From: Octopus sinensis | Lineage: Eukaryota | Reading direction: 5' to 3' | Length of the DNA stretch: 64,000 nt | NCBI RefSeq assembly: GCF_006345805.1 | Contig: NC_043021.1 | Span: forward strand, 6,386,001-6,450,000 | Part shown: positions 48,526-60,777 of the stretch, one piece after another | Numbering within the stretch: position 1 is the first letter of the stretch | How the letters are laid out: every line of letters begins with the position of its first letter | The notes under the pieces: model-generated | Seen by the model: the letters and a program-made list of their open reading frames with translations, nothing else | Told to the model about the DNA's origin: nothing | The model's database searches: none | Made by a program: the position numbers and the translations under genes

Positions 48526-49823
48526 ATGTGTGTGTGTTTATGTAAATATATATATGTATGTATGTATATGGATAAATATGTGTACATGTGTATATATATA
48601 TATATATATACATGCATATAAGTATATATGTAATTATATATATATATACATGTATACAAATACATGTGTGTGTACGAAGTATGTGGCGTCTTTGTGAGTG
48701 TGTATGTATGTGTTGTTCATTTTGTGTGTGTGTGGTGTGAGAGAGAGAGAGAGAGAAAGAGAAGGAGAGAACAGTGTGTTTTTGATGTTTCTGTTGAATT
48801 CTTCCAAATCCATCCATATTTATTTGTCTGTGAATGTTGATGAGAATTCAGTCAATGAGACAGAAAGAATTATGCAACAGAGACAGACGAGGTGTGTATA
48901 TATATATATATATATATATACCAACACATAAGTATTTATGTACATAGATATGTATGTATGTATGTATAAATTCTTGCATGTGTACGCATATACACACACA
49001 CATATATATATATATATATGCCAACATGCGATAGATGCATACATAAACACAATCAGATAATTGAAAATATTCCCAATTAAAAAAAATATTCTCAATGTTA
49101 AAAACAGAATAGTCTTATAATATATATGGTTCTTTACAAAATTACCATTATGTTCTGACTGTCAAAGAATGACAGTCAGAAAATAATGATAAACAGTTTA
49201 TTAGAAATACTAGATTATACATATGCACACACACACACACGTGTATGTATACAGACATATACATATGGACACACACACTTATATTTATGTGTGTATATAT
49301 ATATATATATAGAGAGAGAGATAGATAGATAGATATGTGTGTGTGTGGGGGGTGCAATGGCCCAGTGGTTAGGGCAGCGGACTCGCGGTTCGGAGGATCG
49401 CGGTTTCAATTCCCAGACTGGGTGTTGTGTGTGTTTATTGAGCAAAAACACCTAAAAAGCTCCACGAGGCTCTGGCATGGGGTAGTGGTGACCCCTGTTG
49501 TACTCTTTCACCACAACTTTCTCTCACTCTCTCTTCCTGTTTCTTGAGTAACGCTGCAATGGACTGGCGTCCTGTCCAGCTGGGAGGAACACATACACCA
49601 AAGAAACCGGGAAACCAGGCCCATGAGCCTGGCTAGGCTTGAAAAGGGCGAAGGAGGAGGATATATATATGTATATATATGCCCACATCCATGCACACAT
49701 ATCCATTACGGCATTTATGTATTGCTAAGAGAGCATCATCTCCATAGATATCACCTTTCAGGGTTAGGAGTTCCACCATAATATGTAACCTGTACTGAAT
49801 CACATGACCCCATGGTAATGACA

Positions 49824-50236
49824 AATTTGTGACATATTTCAACTTCTAAGGACAAATTCACTGCAGTTACCATAAAGAAAAAATTCTCTCTTATGGTAAA
49901 AGATGAAAAAACTCCATATCTTCCCAGTGTTGCCCCTGTCAGATTCCCAGATGCACTGTTTCTAGCTCTTCAGCCACTATCAATGGGCTTTAAATCTGCC
50001 AAGGTAACCATGGCAATTTAAAACAGATTGAAAACACTTTAGTTAAAACTAAGGCTTTAAATCTACCCAGAGTTACCCATCTTCAGTTTTTCTCATTGAT
50101 AACGGCTAAAGAGCTAGAAATGCTGCATATGGGAATCTGGCAGGGGCAACACTGGGCAAATCATAACACAGAGTTTTTTCTCTATGGTAACGTAGTGAAT
50201 TTGCCTTTTAAAGGTGAATTTAGTCACAAACAAATT
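49824..50236. mobile_element. MITE with ~150 bp inverted arms
   Basis: 49824-49985 is the approximate reverse complement of 50094-50236. Confidence 0.75.
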
Positions 50237-50609
50237 GTGATTAACCTAAAGTTCACTTATGCCTAAACACTGTTGGCAATGATCTGCTGAATTTCTTACA
50301 ACCTGATAGTCTAACAGTGCAACTCAGTGAATATTGTTGACCATGTTAGTTTTGTTGTAAAGCAAACTTCTTACCACACAGCCATCCCTGTGCCTAAATC
50401 TTACCGAGCGTAAACCATTTAATACAGGCTTCAAATTTGGGCACAAGGCCAGAAATTTTGGAGGTGGGGTAAGTTGATTATCTCAACCCCAGTATTTAAC
50501 TGGTACTTATTTTATCAACTCCAAAAGGATGAAAAGTATAGTTGACCTTGGTGGAATTTGAACTCCGAGACACAGCCATGCACAATACACATATATTATG
50601 TGTGTATGC

Positions 50610-50648
<39 letters not shown>

Positions 50649-50754
50649 TACTTGCATACAAACAAACACACATAAAACAAAAACAAAACAAGATAAAAGG
50701 TGAATTTTAGCAATTTATCAAATTATGTTGGTGGAATTATTCAGAAAAAGCTAT

Positions 50755-50849
50755 TAATTATGGAGCACGGCACTTAATTAGTGGTTTGAGAGCATTAATT
50801 AATTAGTTCTATATAGCGATGTATAGTTAGCTTTGCTCTAAAATAATTA
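50755..50849. promoter_or_regulatory. Cluster of five TAATTA homeodomain-type sites
   Basis: TAATTA at 50755, 50775, 50796, 50800 and 50844 in apparently unique sequence. Confidence 0.3.
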
Positions 50850-51391
50850 GTGCAGAGGGAGGGAAAGAGTGGAAGAGTTAAGTGGTTAAAACGAGGAGGG
50901 GGAGGAGGCGGAGGAGGAGGAGGAGGGAAACATGCAAGCGTGGTAACGAAAGGGTTAACCAGCCCCTTCTTACATTGCAGGCTTTCTTTCAGTTCCAATG
51001 TAGTTGGAATTGGTGGGGATAATGTTGGGGTCGGGGTGAGGTGGTGGTAGTGGTGGTGTTAGTTGGGGGGGGTCTGCCTCCTCTTTTTCTGTCTCTTCCT
51101 CTTCCTTCCTCTCCCTCCTTATATGTTATTGTTGTGTTGTTGTTGTTTACCCAGAGGTCAATCCTGAAATCCTGCAAACCTATTATCAAAGGCATTCCGG
51201 TCATAAACCCATCCCATAGATTATTTAGACACAGTGTATCCAGGACTAAATTGCCCAATGTGCCCTTCCTTGTTTATGACAGTCATGTGAGATTACATGT
51301 GCATGTGTGTGCGTAATTGCGGATTCTTTTGATCATGTGATCAAAGGAATCCTTAATTGAAAAAACAAGTTGGGGCTAATGCCTCACAGAA

Positions 51392-51825
51392 TACTCTTTT
51401 TACTCTTTTACTTGTTTCAGTCATTTGACTGCAGCCATGCTGGAGCACCGCCTTTAATCGAGCAACTCGACCCCAGGACTTATTCTTTTGTAAGCCCAGT
51501 ACTTATTCTATTGGTCTCTTTTTGCCGAACTGCTAAGTAACGGGGAAATAAACACACCAGCATCGATTGTCAAGCAATGCTAGGGGGACAAACACAGACA
51601 CACAAACACACACACGCATATATATATATATTACATATATATATATATATATACATATATACGATGGGCTTCTTTCAGTTTCCATCTACCAAATCCACTC
51701 ACAAGGCTTTGGTCGGCCCGAGGCTATAGTAGAAGACACTTGCCCAAGGTGCCACGCAGTGGGACTGAACCCGGAACCATGTGGTTGGTAAACAAGCTAC
51801 TTACCACACACCCACTCCTGCACCT
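51392..51825 (-). mobile_element. Full-length SINE family A, minus strand
   Basis: Reverse complement of the 29561 copy. Other minus-strand copies: 20800-21181, 32733-33136 and 46683-47035, plus many half copies. Confidence 0.88.
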
Positions 51826-51967
51826 ATGTTGAATTTATTTAACGTTCCTTTACACAATTGCGATTTCTATCCTCTGATATTATATTTCAGAAAAGTAGAG
51901 AGCTAATAAGAAACATGAGTACTTTGTGTGTAGGTGTGTACGCACACACACACACACACAGACACAC

Positions 51968-52797
51968 ATAGTAAAACATGGGCTGTGACTGCTAAGGACA
52001 TGCATAGGCTTGAAAGAAATGAAGCGAGTACGCTCTGCTGGATGTGTAATGTCAGTGTGCATACACAACAGAGTGTAATTGCCCTGAGAGAAAAGTTGGA
52101 CATCAGAATTATCAGATGTGGTGTGCAAGAGAAACGACTGCACTAGTATGGTCATGTGTTACGTATGGATGAGGACAGCTGTGTGAAGAAGTGTCACACC
52201 CTAAAAGTGGAAGGACCCTGGGGAAGAGGTAGACCCAGGAAGACCTGGGATGAGGTGGTGAAGCATGACCTTCGAATGTTGGGCCTCACAGAGGCAATGA
52301 CAAGTGACCAAAATCTTTGGAGATATGCTGTGCTTGAGAAGACCCGGCAAGTCAAATGAGGTCATAGCTGTGGCCTATGTCAGTGTCACATAACAGGTCC
52401 ATTTAAGAGTACCTTTTAATAGTTGGGCAATATGCTGTGCTTGGAAAGACCTGTTGAGTCAAGTGAAATAGTTGTCATGGCGAATGCCAGTACTGCCTGA
52501 CTGGTGTGTAAAAAGCACCATTCAAGTGTAGTCGATGCCAGTGCCGCCTGACTGGCTCTGATGCCGGTGGCACATAAAAAGTACCATTTGAGTGTGATCG
52601 ATGCCAGTGGTGCCTGACTGGCCCCAGTGCCAGTAGCACATAAAAAGCACCCACTACACTCTTGAAGTGGTTAGCATTAGGAAGGGCATCCAGCTGTAGA
52701 AACCTGTAGTCTCCTGGCTTGCCAGTCTCAGTCAAACCGTCCAACCCATGCCAGCAGGAAAGCAAACGTTAAATGATGCTGATGATGATGATAACGA
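51968..52797 (+). pseudogene. RTE-clade LINE 3' end (RT C-terminus, 3' UTR, (GAT)n tail)
   Basis: SKTWAV...RLERNE...LCWMC...RLH*YGHVLRMDE...GRGRPRKTWDEVVKHDL, followed by a UTR ending in TTAAATGATG. Confidence 0.85.
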
Positions 52798-52799
52798 TA

Positions 52800-53010
52800 A
52801 ATTGGAGTAGTGCAATATATAAAGAATCATAGAATTGAGTGGATATCACAGAAAGCTCCTCTGATGGATCCAGCTAGCAGATTACATAGTTATCCAATAC
52901 AGAAGAGTATAATGCAGAGGCCTAAAGCAGCTGAAATCCAGAAGATCTGATTCACGAAATTATTTCAGGAAAAGTATATAAATCATAAGAAGTTTGAAGG
53001 TATAAGAGAA
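52800..53010 (+). pseudogene. Possible older PLE endonuclease C-terminal relic
   Basis: Manual translation gives RIEWISQKAPLMDPASR...RPKAA...HKKF, a loose match to the PLE tail. Confidence 0.35.
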
Positions 53011-53274
53011 GAATGTATTTATTTAGCCTATGACCTCATTACATCTTTTCCTCAACATCCATAAACTGGATGTGACACTTCCGCACCTCCAGTAACAGAG
53101 AGCAGTTACCATGTTTTTTCACACCTCCCAGGTCTGATGAGTTGACTTTATAAGGTAATCACAAGCTTACATTAATATCTGGTGCAAAACCAACTGGTCA
53201 GATTGATTGCAATGGATCTGTAAAACTGAATACTTTGATTTCTATACCCACTCTATTGACAAGTGTCTTGCATA

Positions 53275-53652
53275 TTTTGCCGGTGGCACGTAAAAAGCAC
53301 CATCCGATTGTGGCCGTTGCCAACCTCGTCTGGCTCCCGTGCCAGTGGCACGTAAAAAGCACCATCCGATCGTGGCCGTTTGCCAGCCTCGTCTGGCCCC
53401 CGTGCTGGTGGCACGTAAAAAGCACCATCCAATCGTGGCCGTTTGCCAGCCTCGTCTGGCACCTGTGCAGGTGGCACATAAAAAGCAGCCACTACACTCT
53501 CGGAGTGGTTGGTGTGAGGAAGGGCATCCAGCTGTAGAAACACTGCCAGATCAGACTGGGCCTGGTGCAGCCTTCTGGCTTCCTAGACCCCAGTTGAACC
53601 GTCCAACCCATGCTAGCATGGAAAACGGACGTTAAACGATGATGATGATGAT
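53275..53652 (+). mobile_element. RTE-derived 3' UTR copy with an internal 62-63 bp tandem repeat
   Basis: GTGGCACGTAAAAAGCACC recurs at 53283, 53345, 53408 and 53471. Related tails lie at 14761-15070 (minus) and 37515-37810. Confidence 0.8.
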
Positions 53653-53689
53653 GAATTAAAACATCATACAGCTGCTGTCTCAAGCCAAC

Positions 53690-54095
53690 CTGTTGAGACC
53701 TTGTGACAAGGCGTGTATGATAAACTCCATCATATATGAGGCAGAAGTAACAGCAATGCTTCAAGAAAACCTAGTTGAAAAGAAAAATTGCATCAGTTAT
53801 GCAAAGGTAATTTCAAAAATGCTATGTAAACCACCAATCTTCTTTCCAGCACTTCGGCAAAAGTAATGCAACTAAGTTGGATAGCCATGTATGGGGTTTG
53901 AAAAATAACTTCATACCACATACAATCAAGTGGAAAAATCATGGAGAAATCCAAGCCATATGTTAATGGATCTGAGAAATGCAAATTATGTATAGCAAAA
54001 GATCTTATATTCTTCTTAGATCCAGATCTGAAATTTTTAGCAGATATAAGCACATGGATAAATTTCTTTTGTCAAACTGGAGGACACCACCTGCT
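53690..54095 (+). pseudogene. Penelope-like element GIY-YIG endonuclease C-terminal relic
   Basis: Manual frameshifted translation gives SIIYEAEV...NATKLDSHVWGLKNNFIPHTIKWK-IMEKSKPYVNGSEKCKLCIAKDLIFFLDP...KHMDKFLLSN. This resembles the PLE C-terminus (STxLSxYIWxLK...CxLC...CRHxxKFLL). Confidence 0.75.
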
Positions 54096-54439
54096 CTAGA
54101 TTGAGTTGCTGTTTCACAGACTTTGGAATATTTTGTTAAATTGTTCTGCACCAGCTGCATTAATTGCCGTTTCTGCAATCAAGGAGTACAGGGATCTTAG
54201 TTTTCTTGCTTTTGTTTCTTTCTTTTTGTTCCATTTTTTGCATCAACTTTTTTTCAAGTTTTTCTTCTTGTTTTTTTCTTATTATTTTTCACTGTCCAGC
54301 ATCCAGGTTTTTTTAAAATATATCCAATGTGTAACCAGAGTCTGAAAGATTGCTTGAAGATACATGGTATGTTTTATAAATCTGCCCATTTAAAGTATCG
54401 TAAAAGCATGAAACTGTCAGTAGCTCTTTCGTAGTGTGT

Positions 54440-54660
54440 AATAAATTGTTGCATTTAAACAGAGAATTACAAATGGAAATGCAGTCCATTAAACTTTTTC
54501 CATTAAATTCTGAGGCACCCAAAAGCCATTAGTGATTCATGTATCCAAGTGTTTTTAAATGCTTTATAATGTTCCTATGAAATACATGGAGAATTACTCT
54601 GGTGTCCCATGTTTCTGATTAGTATTTCAATTTGGTCATCAACAACAACAGAACGCCTGC
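54440..54660 (-). pseudogene. Mariner transposase fragment
   Basis: Frameshifted WVPQNL-MEKSLMDCISICNSLFK, matching the mariner WVPHEL...LMDRISIC region. Confidence 0.6.
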
Positions 54661-54717
54661 CGGAACATTCACGGTCATCCAAATCAAAATTTTCACCTTA
54701 AACTAGTAAGCCAGTCC

Positions 54718-54932
54718 TTAACCCTTTGGTGTTTAAACCGGCCATATCCGGCCAAAATATTCTACCTATTTTATGTTCAAACTAGTCAGATATGGTCATT
54801 CATAGCTACCTTAAAAATAAACAATCACATCATTGAAATCTCAAAGCCATGAAATGATGCAAGATTAATTTTACATGGTGTGAATAAATAGGCTTTACAT
54901 TTGACAGAATAATCTGAATGCTAAAGGGTTAA
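54718..54932. mobile_element. piggyBac-type MITE, opposite orientation
   Basis: TTAA-CCCTTTGG ... CTAAAGGG-TTAA. Confidence 0.8.
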
Positions 54933-55486
54933 ACACAGTCCTAGCACTGCACATCTCTCTTTTCCTGTTTGTAAAGCATTTTAACCTTTACGGAAATAAA
55001 AGAGCAGAAAATGATAAAATTGTTTCTTACTTTCCTCCATTTTCGCATTTAATGTAAAAACAGTAGAAATAGACTAGCCATAAAGCAATCATGAAGAAAG
55101 ATGTGTTGAAATGCCACCTTTCAGAAAATAAATGTTATTTTTTTCTTTTATTTGTTTCAGTCATTTGACTGTGGCTATGCTGGAGCACAGCCTTTATAAA
55201 AGTCAGCAGAAGTTTGCCATTACCTCTTCTGCCGGAACCACGTGGAGCTTAGGTGTTTCGCTCATAAACACACACATCGCCCGGTCTGAGATTCGAACCC
55301 GCAATCCCTCGACTGTGAGTCTGCTGCTCTATCCACTAGGCCATGTGCCTCACATGACCGATCAAATCATGAAGTTTAAACACTAACAGCATGGAAGATG
55401 GATGTTTAAAATGATGGTGATGATGATGATGATGATACACACACACACTATATGTGTGTGTATATACATATATATATATGTATATG

Positions 55487-55707
55487 TATGAGGGAGTGAT
55501 GAAAAGTTCTTGGATTTGGGTAAAAGAAAATACAGGAGAATCAGTTAATTATGATTTTATTCAACATATTCCCCTCTCAGGTTCACACACTTGTTGCAGT
55601 GGTCCTTCAGTTTTTCTGAGCCCTATAAAAGAACTTGGAAGGTTAGGCCCCCAATCAGGCCTTTCGCGATACCCTTAAAGCCAAGAACTTTTCAGCACCC
55701 CCTTGTA
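55487..55707 (-). mobile_element. Uninterrupted copy of the same mariner-derived MITE
   Basis: Reverse complement of 31225-31255 joined to 31608-31793, with TA at both ends. Confidence 0.85.
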
Positions 55708-56031
55708 TGTTATATACATGCACAAACAGGCTTCTTTTAGTTTCTGTTTAGCAAATTCCTTTACAAGGCTTTGGTCAACCCAGGGCTATAGTAGAAGTCA
55801 CTTGCCCAAAGTGTTGTGCAACAGAACTGAGCCCAAATTCACAAGGCTGTGAAGTAAGCTTCTTAACGACATACCCACACCTGACTCTGTGTGGGTGTAT
55901 ATATATATATATATATATATATCGGAGACCCCCTTTGGTCATGAATGACCATGGGATTGCACCTAGGAAGTTACCCTCTGAGGCACAAGTCCGGGCAAGG
56001 TTATTTATGGAAGACCAGTAGTATGTATGTG

Positions 56032-56077
<46 letters not shown>

Positions 56078-56195
56078 TGTGTATACATGTGTGTGTGTAT
56101 GAATATATATATATATATATATATACACATGTGAAGGCACGTGGCTTAGTGGTTAGGGCATTTGGCTCACGATAGCAAGGGCGTGAGTTCAATTA

Positions 56196-56365
56196 ATCTA
56201 TCCTGTGAGACAGGAGCAGGTGGTGTCCTCCAGTTTTACAAAAGAAATCTATTCATATGTTTGGACTTGCTAAAATTTCAGATCTTTAATTAAGCTATGC
56301 AGTGGAATTCTTGGATCTAAGAAGAATGTGAGATCTTTCTGCTTTACATAAGGGCATCCATGTAT
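56196..56365 (-). pseudogene. Second fragment of the same PLE family 3' end
   Basis: Reverse complement of 53990-54110 (gatcttatattcttcttagatcca...ctggaggacaccacctgctc). Confidence 0.7.
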
Positions 56366-56641
56366 CTTTTCTATAGCAAGATACTGCCCCACCCCTGACT
56401 TAAAAATCACCTCTCCACACTCCCAAATACCCCACTGCCATTACCACTCAGTTGCCTGTTTTCTGTTTCTTGTCTTTTCTTGTCTTGTAAGTTACTTGGC
56501 AACCCCACTGGTGCTGGAGGCATGAGAAAAAGCAACCAGTACACTCTGTAAAGTAGCTGGCATTAGGAGGCCAACCAGTCATAGATCACTAGATATTGTC
56601 AAACCATCCAACTCATGCCAGTACAGAAAACAGATGTTAAG

Positions 56642-56684
<43 letters not shown>

Positions 56685-56976
56685 ATATGTATCTATGTTT
56701 GGGTGTGTGACTTTGTGTTTGTACTTGTCCCTCACCACTGCTTCACAACTGGTGTTGGTTTGGTTATGTGTGTATAACTTGGCTGTTTGGCAAAAAGAGA
56801 CTATATAGAATAAGTACCAGATTTAAAAACAAAAAAATATGAATGGGGTCAATTTATTCAATTAAACCTTTAAGATAGTGCCCCAGTATGACTGCAGTCA
56901 AAAGACTGAAATAGGTTAAAGAGATAAAAGTAAATATATATATATATGTAAATAGGTATATACATATATTTGTGTG

Positions 56977-57014
<38 letters not shown>

Positions 57015-57065
57015 ATATATATATACATACACATATGTATGTATAATACACATATACATACATTT

Positions 57066-57106
<41 letters not shown>

Positions 57107-58236
57107 TATATTCATACACACACATATGTATAATACACACATACATATATTTATATATATCATATATATATATATAATATATATATATATATGTATAATA
57201 CAATATATACATACATACATACATACATACATACACACACATAACAAACACACCCACACTCACAAACGTAGATAGTCAGATATAGATGTTTATGTCATCT
57301 AATAAATCACTCCTGTCTCTAGAACCACCTCATGTTGCTTAAAGCTGCCAATGTATCAGAGAAAACAACAATAACAACAACAACAACAGCAACAACAACA
57401 ACTTCAAACTTCAAATGCAGACGTACCACCCACACCTGAAAATATTGCCTGAAACTACGGCGACGACGACGACGACAACAACAACAACAACAACAACATC
57501 GACAGCTTCGTGCCTCAATGAGCAATGGAAATCAATACCACTTTCATCAGCCAGTATTATGTGGCAATGGCAGAAAAACTTGGGCTGCTGCTAATGAAAC
57601 TACGTCTCGTGTATTGGTGTATAGATCTATCATGATGCCCGCACAAACACACACATACACACACACACACACATAAACCTACCTTTGCCCACACACACAC
57701 AGTCTTTACAATAGAAGTGGAAATCTGTGGTCGGGTATACACATACTAGTGGGCCTCCAACATGCATAGATACACGGAATACACACGTGTACATTCATGC
57801 AGGTGGGTACTTGAATATTCGTTGACGTTGTATACATTCGTATATTTCTCTACACCCAAACAACTATCATCTACATATACATCTCTTTCTCTTGTACGTA
57901 TGTATGAATATATGTATGTGTATATATTCACAACACACACACATATATATATATATACACATACATACATACACACACCTGGGTGGGTGGACAGACGGAT
58001 GGAAAGACAGAAGGATATATATATGTGTGTGTGTATAGAAATATATATATATACCGGAGTAAACACATAAATGTGAAACAAGGTGGAAAAAAGAGTACTC
58101 AAATACCAGTGGTAGAGTAATATGCTTTATTTAAAGCAGCAGAAAATTCAAACTCAGAGTAACAGGTTTTGTTGAATCTTCTGCTGCTTTAAATAAAGTA
58201 TATATATAATATATATATATATAGATACATACATAC

Positions 58237-58268
<32 letters not shown>

Positions 58269-58828
58269 GTAGGTATTGTATACACACACACATTTATATA
58301 TACAGACACAATGTCGGTGGGCGGATGAATGAATAGATATATAGATAGTGTGATTGATTGATTGATAGATAGATAATGCACTTCATGTTTACGTATTTCT
58401 TGTTTCAAGGATATAAACAAGCAGGCGGATTAGTTGTGAGGCAAGTGCGTGGTGAGCATTAAATTTCTTTGATGTCGTTGATGTCATGTTCAGCTTAAAC
58501 CTAAAACATTGAATGGCTTCTCACCAACTCCAAGAATTAAACAGCCAGGTTCAGAGTGTTTTGGTGAGAATAAGTAACAAATAAGTAGTTGGTCCTTTCA
58601 ACAAATACCATTCCCCCCCACCCCTTTTATTCAGGAGTGAAGGGCAATTCTCTTGCTCCTTCACAGGGCCTCAAAATCCTTGTATGGAGAAAGGGAAGAA
58701 AGTGTCCTCGAACTGAAGATCTGGCTCAAATGTTTGCACCAGAGTGAACTATTGTTACCCAAGGTGCCAGGTAGTGGTGTTAAACCAAGCAGTGGGTTAA
58801 ATCTACCACCCATATAAGCCATATATAT

Positions 58829-58871
<43 letters not shown>

Positions 58872-58912
58872 TAAATGAAAGAATGGAGTCGAACGAAGAT
58901 GTTAACAAAATT

Positions 58913-59005
58913 CCTTTACTCTCGACATATGTTTCGAAGACAACATGGTTTCATTCCAAAGGAATAAAGGGTGTAAGATGCAATCTTCTCATCAGGAAAG
59001 AAAGG
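58913..59005 (-). ncRNA. Type I hammerhead ribozyme with canonical GUC site
   Basis: Minus strand: CCTTTCTTTC-CTGATGA-GAAGA...TCTTC-GAAA-CATATG-TC-GAGAGTAAAGG. Helix I is 10 bp with one bulge, helix II is extended, helix III is the palindrome ACATATGT. Cleavage is predicted between 58924 and 58923. Confidence 0.9.
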
Positions 59006-60777
59006 GAGCCTCTCTCGGCAACAAGACAAACAAAAATTTCGATGACCACCTACATGGTAAACAAAACGATAATAAGTGTTTTTTAAAAAAAACATTAGAA
59101 GAATTGACGTCAAAGTTAGATAGTAGGAAGAGAAGGGTTAAAGGAATGATAGGTAGGGAACCAGTGGAAAGGGAAGGGTACATTGATTAAGAATGTTCAA
59201 AGGCTTAGGAAAGGATTTCGCTATTGAAGTGGAGTGCACGTTAAGCTAATTGTTCAAAGCACGATGCCTATCGTAATCATTTGTATGAGTAAAAGGATAA
59301 TTCAGTCACCAATTGAAATATATATATATATACATGATGGGCTTCTTTCAGTTTCCATCTACCAAATTCACTCACAAGGCTTTGATTGGCCTGAGGCTAT
59401 AGTAGAAGACACTTGCCCAAGGTGCCACACAGTGGGACTGAACCATGTGGTTGGTAAGCAAGCCACTTACCACACAGCCACTCCTGCACCTATAAAGTTC
59501 AATTAATTTTTTTTTGTATTCCACCATATAAAATAAATATCATACAAAATACTAGGTTGATATATTTACTGGATAAACTCCAGTATGGTCATGGTCCAAT
59601 GGAAGACAATAGCGAAAGAATACAACAAAAAGGAAGTTCAAATCTTGGTAAAGTTAACTTTGCCTTTCCCGTAACAGAGGTTAAAAGCCGTGCACCAGAG
59701 TAAATTGTTTCTTAATAGTTGTGACTCTCTTACTGCCTCAGTCTATCCATCTATACATTCGTCAATCCATCCAACCCTCTCCCCTCTCAAGTGTGTCCCA
59801 TTTTCAAGAAGGGCAACCTTTCTGACTGTCAGCTATTGAAAGCACTTCCACCATCTCAAAGATGATGGTAACAAACATCCACAACACCTTAGCTCCTCCT
59901 CCTTACTTAATGACTACAGCACAACTTTTGTACAGTTAGACCTACAAGACACCTATTCTCCTATGTCATGCACCATGCCTCATGCTCAAGAAATTTGGTA
60001 AAAACAGTGTTGTTGTGCTCAGTTTCTGTAAAGTATTTGACCATATCTGAGCTCTTGGGAAAACTGGTCACCCTAAGCTCTCCTTCCATCTGCAGCTCTT
60101 CAATCTGAGATTTCCTGTGAGATTGAAACCTCACTGTGTGCTGGTGTGGTTTCCTCTGACTCACATTCTATCTGCTGTGGTTTGACAAATTCTTAACTTA
60201 TACCTAACCAACTTCTATGTCATTACCTCAAACAATCTTTTATCTTTTACTGGTTCCAGTCGACTGCAGCCAGGCAGGGTGGGGCAGCACCTTGGGGAAT
60301 TTTAGTCAAACTAATCAAACCCAGGACATATTTTCTTTTTAAATCTGGTACTTATTCTATTGGTCTCTTTTGCTGAACCGCTAAGTTATGAGGACATAAA
60401 CACACCGACACTGGTCATCAAGTGGTGGTGGTGGAGGACAAACATAGACACAAAGACATACACACACATAGACACATGGAAAAGAAAGGTTTGGTCACAA
60501 ATGATCATGGGATTTGCACCTAGAAAGTTCCACTCCAAGGCACAATTCCTGTGCAGGTAGCACGTAAAAACACCTTTTGAGCGTGAGCATGGTCGTTGCC
60601 AGAATGGCAGCACCGGCAACAACCATGCTCGAATGTTGTTTTTCACGTGCCACCAGCACATGTGCTGGTAAAGCGATGCTGGCAATGATCATTCTCGAAT
60701 GGTGTTTTTCCTGTGTCACCGGCACGGGAGCAAATCCATGGCCCTGGCAACAATCACGCTTGGATGTGCTTTTAACA

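Noticed and set aside
53127-53205. CTGATGA ... CAAAACCAACTGGTC downstream of a PLE relic
   Set aside because: G12 is missing and helices I and II do not pair convincingly. At best a dead remnant.
54348-54425. TTGAAGA ... GAAACTGTC downstream of a PLE relic
   Set aside because: The core is altered without compensation and helix II does not start in register.
55921-56000. Possible HDV-like ribozyme at an RTE-like 5' fragment
   Set aside because: I could not build the nested double pseudoknot, and the fragment is truncated.
57320-57640. CAA/CGA-rich stretch resembling a polyQ coding exon
   Set aside because: All three plus-strand frames contain stops, I found no convincing splice-bounded open frame, and there is no recognisable domain.
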